A stretch of DNA of 63,183 nucleotides, counting the filler, from Hausera hauseri (lineage: Eukaryota): the NCBI GenBank assembly GCA_046269625.1. It is 11 parts of 11 records of this genome, joined end to end, with 100 filler letters (N's around TTAATTAATTAA, not from the genome) between each part and the next. Parts side by side here need not be neighbours in the genome. Positions count along the whole stretch, not along the records: positions 25,316 to 31,067 come from JBJURY010194970.1; positions 31,168 to 39,230 come from JBJURY010797645.1; 9 more parts are not named here. One strand, given 5' to 3'. The notes under the pieces were generated by a model. That model ran no database searches. It was not told the DNA's origin and saw nothing but the letters and a program-made list of their open reading frames with translations. Below are positions 25,316-37,139 of the stretch, piece by piece. A program made the translations under genes and the position numbers. Each line of letters opens with the position of its first letter. The stretch's first letter is position 1.

Positions 25316-26850
25316 GCTTTGTTGGAGTGACGACTGCTGCTTCCAACGTGAATACAGCAAAGGAAATGTGTCGGCTATCTTTTTGCAGGTTGATGCCTTT
25401 GCTAGAATTTGCCGTGTGTCCTAGCGGTGAAATCAGTTTATTGTAGCTAGTGAGTTTGGCCTACTGTTTTGTGTGAGCATAGTAGTGTTGGTTTTATTAT
25501 GTATTTTGTAGTTACAGACAGGTAGGCATTTTTGTGCTTTTGTTCCAAATTTTGCGACATAGATGCAAACGATGTTGCTTGTATAAAAATTGGGAGAGCA
25601 AAATTTACAACCGATGCAGCATTTCTGAGCATTATTACAAAATTTGTTATCGTAGTAGCAAATAGACGATCTCGCGGGCGAAGGCGACCGTCTTTGACGT
25701 TGATTGAATACATTAACGGAAGCGGCCCTAGAAAAACCGCGTCGAGGCAGCGTTAACTCATTTAATTTCACATTTATGTTGTTAATTGTCTTTTGTAACA
25801 TTTCATTTTCCGTAAGTAACTGCGCAATTTGTTGCTGTAGCATTGCATTTTGTTGTTGTTGATCTGTTGTTAATGCCGCAGAGATAGTTGGTGATGTGTG
25901 AGTGCAGTACTTCATATGCTTTGTCCGCCAATTTAGCTAGCTTTTCCAGAGTTGTGGAGTCCTCGACCACAGTAAGAAAAGCTCTTATTTAAAGGGGCAA
26001 TGCATTTAAAAAATAGCGACGAAGAAGTTCTGGACTATGCTCAGATGTTACGCCAAGGGTACTGAGATGAGACAAAGATGTGCGCAAAAATTCAGAAGGC
26101 TTCTGAAGGCCCATGGCGTTGTCATTGAAGAATCTTTGATAGAGTCGATTGACGACTCAGTGAGCTTAAGAACAGCATTATAAAGTAGAGCATATGAATC
26201 TGTCTGATGAAGGATGTCGATGATATTTGTAATTTTTGTTTTGATGGAAACTGGTAAATTAAAAAAAGGCTGTTGGCTTTGGATAAAGAGTCGACGACGT
26301 TTTATGATTGGCGCCAGAATTAGTGCAGTTTTAGCCAAGTTTGAGTAAAGTTTTTGCTGTCAAGAAAGTATTCTGTGCAGGGTGAATGAGTGAGGAGTGT
26401 GTTGTGTCGAAGTGTTTGAAGCACTTTGTTTGGGTAAGCAAGTGACAGAGATCTGTGGTTTGGTGAGTTTGTCCGTGGTGTCAATTGTGGCTGGTAGTCC
26501 ATGCCACCACGGACCCGGAAGTGAATGTGAAGGCAGACACAAGTTGTAGAAGGTTGGAGGAGTCCAGCGAAAGGCACTACAGATCCATTGTATGTGAGAT
26601 AGAAGTCAGAGGAGTGAAGTAAGGTAGAGGTGAAGTTGTGAATAGCTGCAGTGTGTAAGTGTAATACTGTATATGTGTGAATGTGTCTGTTATTTAAAAA
26701 AAGAAAATGAAATACGGAGAGCTTGTATGTCCGGGGCGTGTTGTGAGGCGGCAACGAAAGGTGCCGTCTGACAACATGGCGCAGGGTGGGCGGCCGGAAC
26801 CTCAGCCTCGCTGCGGCGGGTTTCAAATTTTGGGGTAACCGAATTCCCCA
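25316..26850 (-). mobile_element. gag: CsRN1-like Gypsy element, 5' internal part: UBL-Gag and start of pol (copy C1)
   Basis: Gag QKPSEFL-type region, double CHCC motif (ICYYDNKF..AQKC..GC, VCIYVAKFGTKAQKCLPVC), N-terminal DFYLTYNG...HFRVRGG. Confidence 0.8.
25401..25442 (-). promoter_or_regulatory. Degenerate gag/pol -1 frameshift site and pseudoknot
   Basis: AATAAAC-TGA then CCG-CTAGGA...CGG...TTCTAG. Pol-like LISPLGHTANSSKG lies in the -1 frame. Confidence 0.55.
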
Positions 26851-26859
26851 CCTGAGGGA

Positions 26860-28072
26860 TGAAACACGACCGAGAATTGCCAAGATCATCACGGTAGACA
26901 ATGTGCTTCTTAGCCGAACATTGGCAGCACTATCAGAGACTAATATGTTCAAAGTTGGCAGAAAATGTTTCTGAATCATTCCTTGCGCTAAAACTGTAGA
27001 TGGATGTTGTGTGCTGTGGAGATGAATCATCCTGTGCAGGTTATTGTGACTTCGTGACATGCCGAGTAGAATTGTTACGTTATTGACGGAATTTATAAAA
27101 GAATTGTAGTTAGAGTAACTAATATGCGGCGATATTGCGGCGGTGTCCTTGTAAATGCCCAACTATTGGATGGCTGGTTTATCAGCGATTCCGTAGGAAT
27201 TGTATTGTGGAGCGGTCGTAACACCGAAATAATTATTCAATGGAGGAGAATAACATTTATTTGGTAGATTTGAGAGGGTATTTGGTTTTGATAAATTGAA
27301 TACAAAGAATACGACTTAAAAGTGCTGTGAAAATTTGAGAAGTCATAATTACTATGATTAAATGCTTGCTGCGTACCAACATTCACATTGGTATTTAGTT
27401 GTTTTAAATAAAAATAATTTTCACCGAGTCGTTTCTGAAAATTGAGACTGTTTACCGAAGGAATTGTCATGACTTTATCTAGTCTATGGACGATTCTACA
27501 TCGATCCGTTGTCGTCCTATTTACACTGAATGCTATTAATTTGTTACCATCACTCGATCGTTTGATCGGATTTAGCACTAGTGCTTTTGTCGCATCGAGT
27601 TTATTCTCGTAAATAATTTCCGCTGTTTTGGTTTGTGTTACATTTGACGTACCGGATAACAAGCGTATTCAAACGATCTTCCGGGAATTGCCAAAATGTT
27701 TCCTGACGATTTCCTCTTGTGTGCTTTTCGGCAGATTCGTTGATTTAATTGACTTAGTTTTGGAAATAATTTGGCATAAGAAGCTTTAAATATTCGAGCT
27801 TGAAGTTCATAATTATCCAAATGTTGCAGGGCATTACTTACTCCTTTCGAATCACTATATTCACAAGAATCAGGGGTTTCTGTGTATTTATCATTATTTC
27901 TTATTAATTTGCAGGAATTTATCGAACGAAATTTACAAAACAGCTTCGTCACCTGATTATCTAGTACTGCAAAAGGAATGTTGTTTATTATAAGATTCGT
28001 ACTAGAATAAGAATCAGACATGTCATGCAATATTAAAAACAATAAATGAAAGTTTGGAACGTCTAATGACAA
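26860..28072 (-). pseudogene. ELAV/Hu-like RRM protein, intronless and broken
   Basis: STNLIINNIP..FRSINSCKLIRN..ALQHLDNYELQARIFKASYAK resembles ELAV RRM1 ([39 protein letters not shown]). RNP1 is damaged and there are frameshifts. Confidence 0.65.
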
Positions 28073-28599
28073 ATCAGGACGTTTATAGTTCGTAAAAATG
28101 TTACGAAAGTGTTACCTTGTATTTGTGCCACCAAATATTATTTAGTTCGTATCCACATGAACTTTCCTAAAGTAGAAATTCTTTTGCTATTGAGAAATTT
28201 GACATGGAATGAATTAGGTACCTCTAAATTCACACAATTCTCAAAATTCCAAACTGAAGTTTTCTTTAATAAATATGGGCAGACACAAATTCGTTGATAT
28301 AAAATAGACAAACTGAATTCAAGATGTCGTACTGAAAAAAAACTATTATTAAAACAAACAAATTTTTATCCATGTGAACAATCAGAGAATTAAAAAAGCA
28401 CTTCATCACATTGAACTGGTCTGTTATCATGACACCCAAATTTACCATTTACAAGAGCTAGATAATATTTAAACAATAAAACATGTCGATAATGAAAGTT
28501 GCTGGCGTTTATTTGTCGTCTTTTCACGCATATGCGAAACACCTTTAAATCACAGTGGAGTCCATCTTTTACAATGCGGAACAAGGCAACGAACGATCA

Positions 28600-29720
28600 A
28601 GGCTTCGCTCGGTCGTTATTTTCGGACCATCATACACAGTCATCCCGATGATTATAGCAACTTCAATCGTTTATTAAAATTACAGCAATGACGAGTCGTG
28701 CTGATGTCGTTGAAAATCGCCCTTGGTGGCAAATAATTTTCTTTTTTTGATGTTGCGAGAATTCGACAGATACAGTTGGTTTTTGTCACCAATGAACTGA
28801 ATATAAGAGAAAATGAAAGTCCAGGCATTATTCGTATTAAATAACAACTGACAATTGATGGTTTGGTGAGCAAAGCAAATGTCGTCAAATAGGACAGATT
28901 TATACCAGCTAGTATGACGTACATTAATTCTTTGGATGAGGCCTTGACGACCGGAGTGTCATTGCGCATGATGAATATGACTGTAAGGAATATCGTTGTG
29001 ATTATACCCAGACATGAGAACACCACGGCAAGGATTGAGGAAACATCGGACCATCGAATAAAGGATCGTTCAGGTTCATAGCATTCTGAACTGTTTCCAT
29101 AAGGCATTTTTCCTTTTTGCAATCTTCACCTTTTTCTTGTCCTTTGTGTATTCTTTGATTTCTCTTTCTCGAACGAATTACTGCATTGTGATGTCACCTC
29201 AGCCAATGGAGTATCTTTTTACAATGGGCCATTTTATTAGGTGGTCATTGACAGTCAGTACGTTTTTTTCCAATGGCCAATTTTCTGATAACCGTATACA
29301 AATTTACCTTTGATTTTATGGTAGGTTCGTTGGTAGTTCATGATGCCATATCAGCCAGACGGATCTCCATTTTTATTAAAGTTCAGTACGTAACTGTTGT
29401 ATGCGGTAAAACTGGTTTTCTTCATTTCCTCAAGCAATGTGGTACCGTTTACGTAATATAGATTTTGTTCGGCACAGGTTTTGAAATTCGAATGACATTT
29501 GCATTATTTTTTGTAAAAATTACTCAATCATAGTGCCACTGTCCAAACTGATTTCACAACAAATCCCAGTTTTGAATCTTGATCGGATGGGGGCAGAGTT
29601 TCTTTACCAGTGCAGTTCTTTGCGTACTTGGTATCATTTAGTGATAGGCTACAATTAGATTTCACTTTCCAAAATTCTTTAAACCACGGTGTGGTGCCCA
29701 CATTCACCCAATTGGTGATC
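28600..29720 (-). pseudogene. Group I-like metabotropic glutamate receptor fragment (end of Venus flytrap domain to TM3)
   Basis: PWFKEFW, DSKLGFVV, NGDPSG*YGIMNY, then TPVVKASSKELMYVILAGI and LVTKTNCICRILATSKK. The Cys-rich domain is largely deleted. Confidence 0.85.
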
Positions 29721-29827
29721 TTTATGTGGAACTTGTTATATAAAAAACATCTTTGGTTTGTTTAAAAAATATAAACACTTTTTGGTGGAATTTTGTAAAC
29801 TTCATGTCAATTTAAATTTTCACAATT

Positions 29828-30136
29828 ATGATTTCTAACAAATCATTTGGTAGTTCTTCTGATTATTTCAGCTTTACAGATTTACTTAGAAAAAAGGTTA
29901 ATGACAAAGAAGTTAGACTCAGATTGAAACGGGTTCGTAAAGTCACAAACTGCGGTGAAGAGCTCGGTCTTACTACATTGCACGATTGCAGCTATAATGT
30001 CGAATATGCAATAAATAAAATTTTCTACGAAGATACTTCAACTCAATTAAAGGAAAAAAGATTCAGATCTTCACACATGGATTCCCCGGAGTATTTCGAT
30101 ATGTCTTTGACTGAAAATAATGATCAAAATCATTAA
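29828..30136 (+). pseudogene. UBA-domain fragment, UBAP2/Lingerer-like
   Basis: LKRVRKVTNCGEELGLTTLHDCSYNVEYAINKIF resembles the UBAP2-family UBA motif (ALHDC..D..RAIN.LLE). Confidence 0.5.
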
Positions 30137-30324
30137 TCTTTGGAGAGTGAAGTCGAATAGATATTGCTCCGAGGGCCGTGTCGCTTAATATCGCACTGCT
30201 TCGTTTCATCGTTTTTGATTTTACCGAGAATTTCAGTGCGATATGCCCAGCCGTCTAGTGCTATAACTACTCGTTGGTATATTTTATTGGATTTTGCATT
30301 TCTTAAACTCTGGGATAAATCGAT

Positions 30325-30640
30325 CATATTTTATTAAAATCTCAGGTTTATTGTTTCGGTGAATGATGCTGGCCTAATTGAGATATTTAAGACCTCTTAG
30401 AATTTGATAAAAGAATAATTTAAGATGAAACTTGGCAATAGACTTCTTGGATGAAATTATTGTATAAAGATCAAAGTCCATAAACTGATATAGAATGTAG
30501 ATGTCATTTGACATAGAATTCGACTGATCTTTCAAAATGACATCGTTCAGCAAAATTATATTTTAATGCTTTAACGACATGAGCATTTTCAACTCGCGAT
30601 ACGTCCGCTGAGCCGACATAACATCTCTGCGTTTTTCTTC
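30325..30640 (-). pseudogene. MAP kinase fragment, NLK-like (absent from the ORF track)
   Basis: Hand translation: SAQRTYRELKMLMSLKH*NIILLNDV..DIYILYQFMDFDLYTIISS..HLKLFFYQILRGLKYLN*ASIIHRNNKP. Two stops and a broken HRD motif. Confidence 0.8.
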
Positions 30641-31167
30641 AAATTTGGAGAAAGATGTCGTGGAACTTTGTGATGTTTGTTTTATTACTAAAATCGGTCT
30701 GGGCTTTTCAATGGAATTATTTATACTAGATCGTATTTGTAGAACTTGGTCTTTATCGTCTTCTGGAAGAGTTAGTTTTTCTGATAAAACTTTTGGGTGG
30801 AGAAGTTGTCGAGGAGGAAGATCGGGACCCGCCTATGGGCCCGACGTAGCGGCAACGGAGGCCCGGTCGTGCCCAACCAAATGGGCCAAAGGGTACCGGC
30901 AAAGTGAAAACTATTAAGATTAAAACAGACGGAAAAAAAGGAAACAAGCGCTAAACGAAAAAGTATCTGTGTCAGTCGGTCTTAGTGTAGACAAGACGTT
31001 GGGTGCCTTCTAGTGATTTTCCCCTGCTATACTTGCTGAATGTGACTCTGCGTGTTTTGTCTTTTTGNNNNNNNNNNNNNNNNNNNNNNNNNNNNNNNNN
31101 NNNNNNNNNNNTTAATTAATTAANNNNNNNNNNNNNNNNNNNNNNNNNNNNNNNNNNNNNNNNNNNN

Positions 31168-33307
31168 GAAGAAAAGACAATTAATCTATTGGACTCCCGA
31201 TCTAATAAATCAATTTTACCATCTTCGTGAAGGTCTAAAAACTGCTGAAATCTTGGCTTTTCCAAAACCAAACGCGTTATTAATATTAACTACCGATGCC
31301 TCAACCATAGCCACTGGTGCAATATTACACCGAATATACAATGGTGTTGACGAGCTATTGGAATTCTATTTCCGTAAGCTTACGCAACCGTAAAACCGAT
31401 ACTCAATATTCGATTGTGAACTCCTGGCTGTAGTTCTAGCGGTAAAGCATTTCAAGCATTTGCTTCTATCTCGTCAATTTACCATCCTAACCTACCACAA
31501 GCCCCTGCTTTATATTATTACGTTAAAATATCCAACACCCAGACAAGGATGATATATATCATACCTGTCGACATTAAGCTTTTCTATGAAATATATTTCT
31601 GGAACCGAAAACTTAGTAGCAGATTTTCTGTCGCGGTCGGTCAACTCAATTACAGTTTAGCCAATTTCCTCCTCTGAAGTCCTGAGAGGTAATCAGCCAT
31701 TATATTATATTCTCCAAGCCTTTAAATCGGTTTAGATCATTAATGGCATCGCCTGCGACACACAACTCGACTAATAAAAAAATTATTCTTCCTCCATCGG
31801 TACAAAAGACAGTTTCAGCGCATTTTCACTCTCTTCATCATCCGGGTTCAAAAGCCACATTTCGTCTACTGCAACGCCACGTTGTATGGCCATCTATGCG
31901 TACCGATGTACAGATCTGGGTCAAGGGATGTTTAGCATATCAGCAATATAAAATCCACAAACATCTCAAACCACCACTTTACAACTTCCCTTGCACTCCT
32001 CGTTTTGAAACCGTGCATTTGAATCTTGTGGATCCTCTACCTTTCGACAATGGTTATCAATATATCTTATCCATGATGAATTGTGCTTCCCGCTGGCCTG
32101 AAGCCGTTCCACTTCGATCAACCAACACCGACTCAGTAGCAGATGCAATTATCAAGACATTGGTCAGCCGTTTTGGCTCACAACGTTATATCACAACGGA
32201 CCATGATCCGCAATTTGAAGCTGATCTTTTAAAATCTTTTGTAAAGCACTTGGGGATAGCCCATCTCCATACGACGCCGTACCATCCCCAAGCAAATGGT
32301 CTTCTCGAGAGATTTCATCGCACCAAGTAGATTTCCTTAAAAATCCTGGCAAACAACAATCATAACTGTACCTCAATTCTTCCTCTTGTCTTATTGGATT
32401 GGCGCAACATGCCATTCACCACCACAGGCTGTGCACCAGCTGAGGATGTTTTTGAGACACCAGTTCGTGTACTATTTAAGCTCTCCAATCTCGATGAAAT
32501 CCCGTCAGATGAAGTTATTCGTGCAGCACAATCCCACTTTGCTGATGTTAATTCAAATGCCTTCTGATGTCTTATAAATGAAGACAAATCTTATATCCCA
32601 GAGGACTTATACTCATTAACGTTTTTATGGCTAAAGGATCCGTCATCTTCTGGTTGTAGGCCCCAATACGTTGGCTTTTACAAATTAATGAATCTTTCTT
32701 CGCACACCGCCACTATTTTACGCAAGGACAGACCTCACAACGTACACATCTCTAATCTTAAGCCAGCCTTCTTCTTTGACGATGACCAGAACTACAGCAT
32801 TGTTTCAAATCCCAACTCTAACATCTTTACCCTTGAGCCATCATCTAATTTCCTTGATGATTTTAATCCTTTGCAGCATTCACTGTCGCATCACAATCAA
32901 TTCTCTTCACTTCTCTCATCATCCACTGCTCCTTCACCATTTGCTTCTCCGTCATCGCCTGCACATCCACTACTTATTTCACTTCATCGAACGATTCTCT
33001 GCCATCTCCAGTCTCATCTTCTTCGCGTGATCCTTTTCCTTTTTCAGCTTCTTCTCCACTTTCACCTCTTCATGAAGCATCCTCCCAAAATACCACAAAA
33101 TCCACAGTATTTCTCCCTCAAACAACTCCACAAGCACCAGTAAGATCTAACAGGTCACGCCAAGTGACATTTAGTATTTACAGCAGGGAGAAAGTCATAG
33201 ATGGAATCTAATGTCTAACACGTACCAAAACCAAATAGATAGAAGTTCTCCTTTTTTTAATATAATTTCCTTTTTTTTTCATAGATTTCATTTTGCTACG
33301 GGGGTGA
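31168..33307 (+). mobile_element. pol: CsRN1-like Gypsy pol 3' part (RNase H, integrase) and 3' untranslated region
   Basis: TTDAS..GAIL, YSIFDCELLAV, HSLHHPGSKAT..WPSMRTDV, SRWPEAVPL, TTPYHPQANGLLERFHR, VHISNLKPAF. Confidence 0.9.
33299..33307 (+). promoter_or_regulatory. Polypurine tract-like sequence before a 3' LTR
   Basis: CGGGGGTGA immediately followed by TGTAG, downstream of integrase. Confidence 0.6.
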
Positions 33308-33890
33308 TGTAGTGCTTAAGGTGTGGTCGCACTGGAGAAGTTAGTGGATCGGTGGGAGGATTTTTGCCCACCATGTAAATATCAAGTGTAATCTCAGAAT
33401 ATCAAGTGTAGCGTGATCAGATGGATATACCATTACATGTCCTCATTCCGGCTCTTTCGAACTCAGCAACAGATAACTAATCAGATTCCTTGCAAACGAC
33501 GAAATTGAGAAAAAGAGATCTCGTCTATTTACACATGTCATTAGTACAAAAATATGAGAATTTCAATTTGACAAGGTCGGTACTAAAAAGAAAATCAGTT
33601 GTTCAAAATCGATCATTCTTTCGGCAAACACAAGTCGTGCAGCTCGTTTCAGTCAAAATTGTTACGTCATCTCACACTTCTACAATATTCCCCTTTAGTA
33701 GATAGAAAAATATACGCAGTTGCGTTTGTTTTTGACCGCCGTTTTATTCTATCAAAATTCTGTAAAATATTTATTATATAAAAGTTGTAAGAATAATTGA
33801 TTGATTAATTGACATTTCTGTAATTTAAAAAATAGGTGTTTCTAAGCAGTCTTTTCTATTTGGAATTTATAGTAGTAATACAAATCCACA
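33308..33890 (+). repeat. LTR sequence (one LTR, or two nested LTR pieces with a possible first end at 33684)
   Basis: Starts TGTAG after the PPT. Candidate CTACA end at 33684. ACA end at 33890 lies just before a PBS. No second copy in the window. Confidence 0.5.
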
Positions 33891-33892
33891 GT

Positions 33893-33910
33893 TGGTGTCA
33901 GAAGTGGGAT
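33893..33910 (+). promoter_or_regulatory. Primer binding site complementary to tRNA-Leu 3' end
   Basis: TGGTGTCAGAAGTGGGAT, the familiar Leu PBS of many Gypsy elements, 2 nt after ...CCACA. Confidence 0.8.
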
Positions 33911-33924
33911 AGTTTATTGCAAAA

Positions 33925-35436
33925 TTGCATGGTTACATTATGAAAGAGGATAGTAATATTGCACAATTGAAGTATGAGATTAGCGAAAATGGTAAATTCC
34001 AATGTAAATATCCCATTTGCAAGGACATTGGGCGAATTATTTCCAGTGGTAACGTTTGTCGTCAAATGTTTGATTCCGAAGTTCAACTCATTTGTTCGTT
34101 GAAAAAGATACGAGACAAAAGTACCCGTAAAAGTCCAACAGTCGAACCGGTTTATTTATCAAGATGGTACATTAGTCCATTGGGCAAACAAAAAAATCAG
34201 CATTTATCCGAAAACGAAATTAATGCCAAAGAAGTATTGTTACTGTCGGAAAACATATTTCCAATAAATTTCAATCAAAAATCATACCGAGAATTGTGCA
34301 GGAACGAATATGGAAATACAATCGTTCAATGGAGGAATTGATGCAAATTATATTTCTAATTAACAAGGTCGGAGAGAATTTTATCCAGAAATTTAGTCGC
34401 ACATTTTTTGCAGTTCATGGTATCAAAAATCAAAATGAGACAAAATTTGTTAGTTATGGATTCATCAGTGGATTTTTCCTTGTTGACCAAAATGGATTTT
34501 CAAAATAGTCATACAAAATTGGCATAATATTTCGTATCTCAGAAGTCACACGTACGTAGCTATATTTCTGCCTTACCGCTTGAAGAAGCTGCTAGAGTGA
34601 AAAAGATTACGAACCAGTTACAGACTTCATCAGAAGATCTGTTGCGGGCTGGTTGCTTCTCTCCTACAGACTTCAACAGAGTTATTATGCAAATAATTTT
34701 GAAGGTCAATGAATTTGCACTACAAAATAGAGAACCCTGTTCGGATTTGAAAGCGAACTTTTTAATGTTAGCAATAAGTGATTTTCAAAAAATCAAATAT
34801 TCACCACCAATCAATCTATCTAATGGCAACATTTTATGACTTCGAAAGGTCGAAAAAACAAAAAATAAAATATTGGAGGAAAGAGCATTGAATGATATGA
34901 TTGAGATCTTGTTTACGAATCTTGGTTCATCAATGACTACGTTATCGGACGAGTTGATGATGATACTAAATGATATCCAAAATAACATGAATTGGGATTC
35001 GCTGGATGAAGCAGTACTTCAAGGGTTGTTCCAACGTTTAGATACCTCAAAAGAGTCCTTTAACGACATCATTGATGATCTTAAGAAAACTTTAGATGAC
35101 AAGTTTGAAATTACCACTAAAAATATATATCCCGAAATTGATATTTCTCAGGCGGCCTTGACGTCAATTGGCTTTTTTGATGTGGAGAATGAATGTAATA
35201 GCGTTCTTCAAAATTATTACATACCACCTTTTGGATTACTGCAAAAATCATTAGAAATTCAATTGGACGAACTGGAGAGACTATCAGAAACATACAATAG
35301 CGATATGTCTGCGAGGATATTTAAAGTCAAAGAATTTATTAGAAAACTTCATTCATTCAGGAAAGAATTTACTTTCAAACTCGAGAAAACAGGAGCTAAT
35401 ATTTACGAGAAACTCAAGGCCGGGAGAGATGCGTAA
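33925..35436 (+). pseudogene. Broken ORF(s) of unknown function directly downstream of the PBS
   Basis: ORFs 33925-34341, 34597-34839 and 34873-35436 (acidic, helical). No Gag motif recognised. Confidence 0.35.
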
Positions 35437-35499
35437 AAATCAAACTGTAACCGTAGAGAATGATTTGAGTTTACTCATACATATTCTCTATGACAGCAA

Positions 35500-37004
35500 A
35501 TGTCACTTTCACTGGAGATGTCGGAATATATGTCATTTCCCCAGCTGCCGTATCAGATAAATTCCGTGCCTCCTGACTCGATGCAATTGATCACAAATTA
35601 CACACAACAAACACAATCGGGACCAGATCACGATCGGCAATTCGATCATCATCAAAACCAGTCGTTAAACAATCGCCGTAACAATCATCTCGTTCTGATC
35701 AAAATCAGTATCCTGAGGTTTGGCTGAATTTCATCGATGGATTTCCCAAAGTGCCGCAAATCGGGACCGTTCCACGAATGTTGTGTCCGTGTCCATTTAA
35801 CGAACGACCGACAGATATTATCATTGATCATGTGCAACATGTTCTGTTTTTGGATCGACTGCAGCTGTGTGTCGTTGTCAACAACTGCCACTATGCTGTT
35901 CGATTCTGTTGTAACTCTATCCGAATGAAAATTAATCCAGTTCTTCACAAGTGCGCAACAAACGCGGTTAATCCAACGACCCTAAACAATCAACAGGTTA
36001 CACTCTGTATCGGTGGTCCGTTTCATGAGGTGATTATTGATGGATTTCCATTTCACGTACCGACGACTGGTGAGACTGTCGAGCACGAATTTAATGGAAA
36101 TATTGTCAGTTTTCGATTCAAAGTATCAAAACCGTTTCCTCGTCGAATTATGAATCCAATTCCCGTCCATATCATAAAATGGGCTGAATAAGGATATTTT
36201 AGCAAACCACAGAATCTAAAATTGTCACCGTTTAATCCTCTGAACAATTTGATGTTGCATGATCCAGAAGCGCATTTTCTCCGACAATTAAATCCACAAG
36301 GTGATAAAGGAATACTGTCCCAAATGGCTTATCCGATCCTTCAGTCCATGCGCAACGTCAATTCTAATCATCGATTCATACTCAACCGATCACATCTGAA
36401 TTTAAATCAACTGAAACCCACCGCAATCGTCTCGATGGTTGTTGACGTTAAACCACTGATGAGTTGCGAACCAATTTCAAACAAAAGTCGGACGATTCCT
36501 ACAATGCCAGTCGATACGTTCGAAGAAGCCACGTTGAATCTGAGCTTTGAGGAATTCGATTTGGCTGAATTCCAAAAGTCGAATGATATCCATCGGGAGA
36601 ATATGAAAATTGTCGACAAATCCGTGTTCGTCTGCGACAAATGCAGTTTGAAAATCCCCGATGGGAGTTTCTGTACAGTCGTGAAGAAACTCGATAATGA
36701 TCATAAAAGAATGAATCATGAGCTAATTCGGCTACTCTTGAATAGGCATATGGAGAAAGGCGGCTACTTCACTGTCAGTGTTCTCGATTTTTGGAGCAGC
36801 GAGAATCAGTCAACGAACTCAAAATTCGCCACGATTCTTCACAATATCCTCTCAAAGACTCTCGGTAACCATTTATTTCACAAAATAAAGAACAAACAGT
36901 CGAAAGGTGTCGACGAGACCGGCGTCGATTTGATCAACAAAGACGATCCAGTGGGGAAAACACCTCATGTGGCGAAATTTGACGATCAGGATTCAGACGT
37001 TTAA
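35500..37004 (+). pseudogene. Broken host-like gene, possibly Pcf11-like C-terminal region
   Basis: VTLCIGGPFHEVIIDGFPF recalls the invertebrate Pcf11 beta-repeat, followed by a CDKC...H zinc-finger-like segment. Weak, from memory. Confidence 0.3.
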
Positions 37005-37139
37005 GCACAGGTTGGTAAAAATCTTATTGCTAGTTTGCGCAAGCCAGTGTGGCCATATTTTGCGCTCACAAATCTTTCATAGGTAACGCCAATTTTCATT
37101 TTAAAGGGTTTTTCAGCTCGATGTTTTTGGATACCCCCT

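Noticed and set aside
26820-26845. tRNA-Trp primer binding site (CGGTTACCCC on the minus strand)
   Set aside because: Position is plausible but there are several mismatches and no adjacent LTR end.
32780-33150. Ser/Pro/His-rich ORFs as a separate gene
   Set aside because: Low-complexity tail downstream of integrase in the same element.
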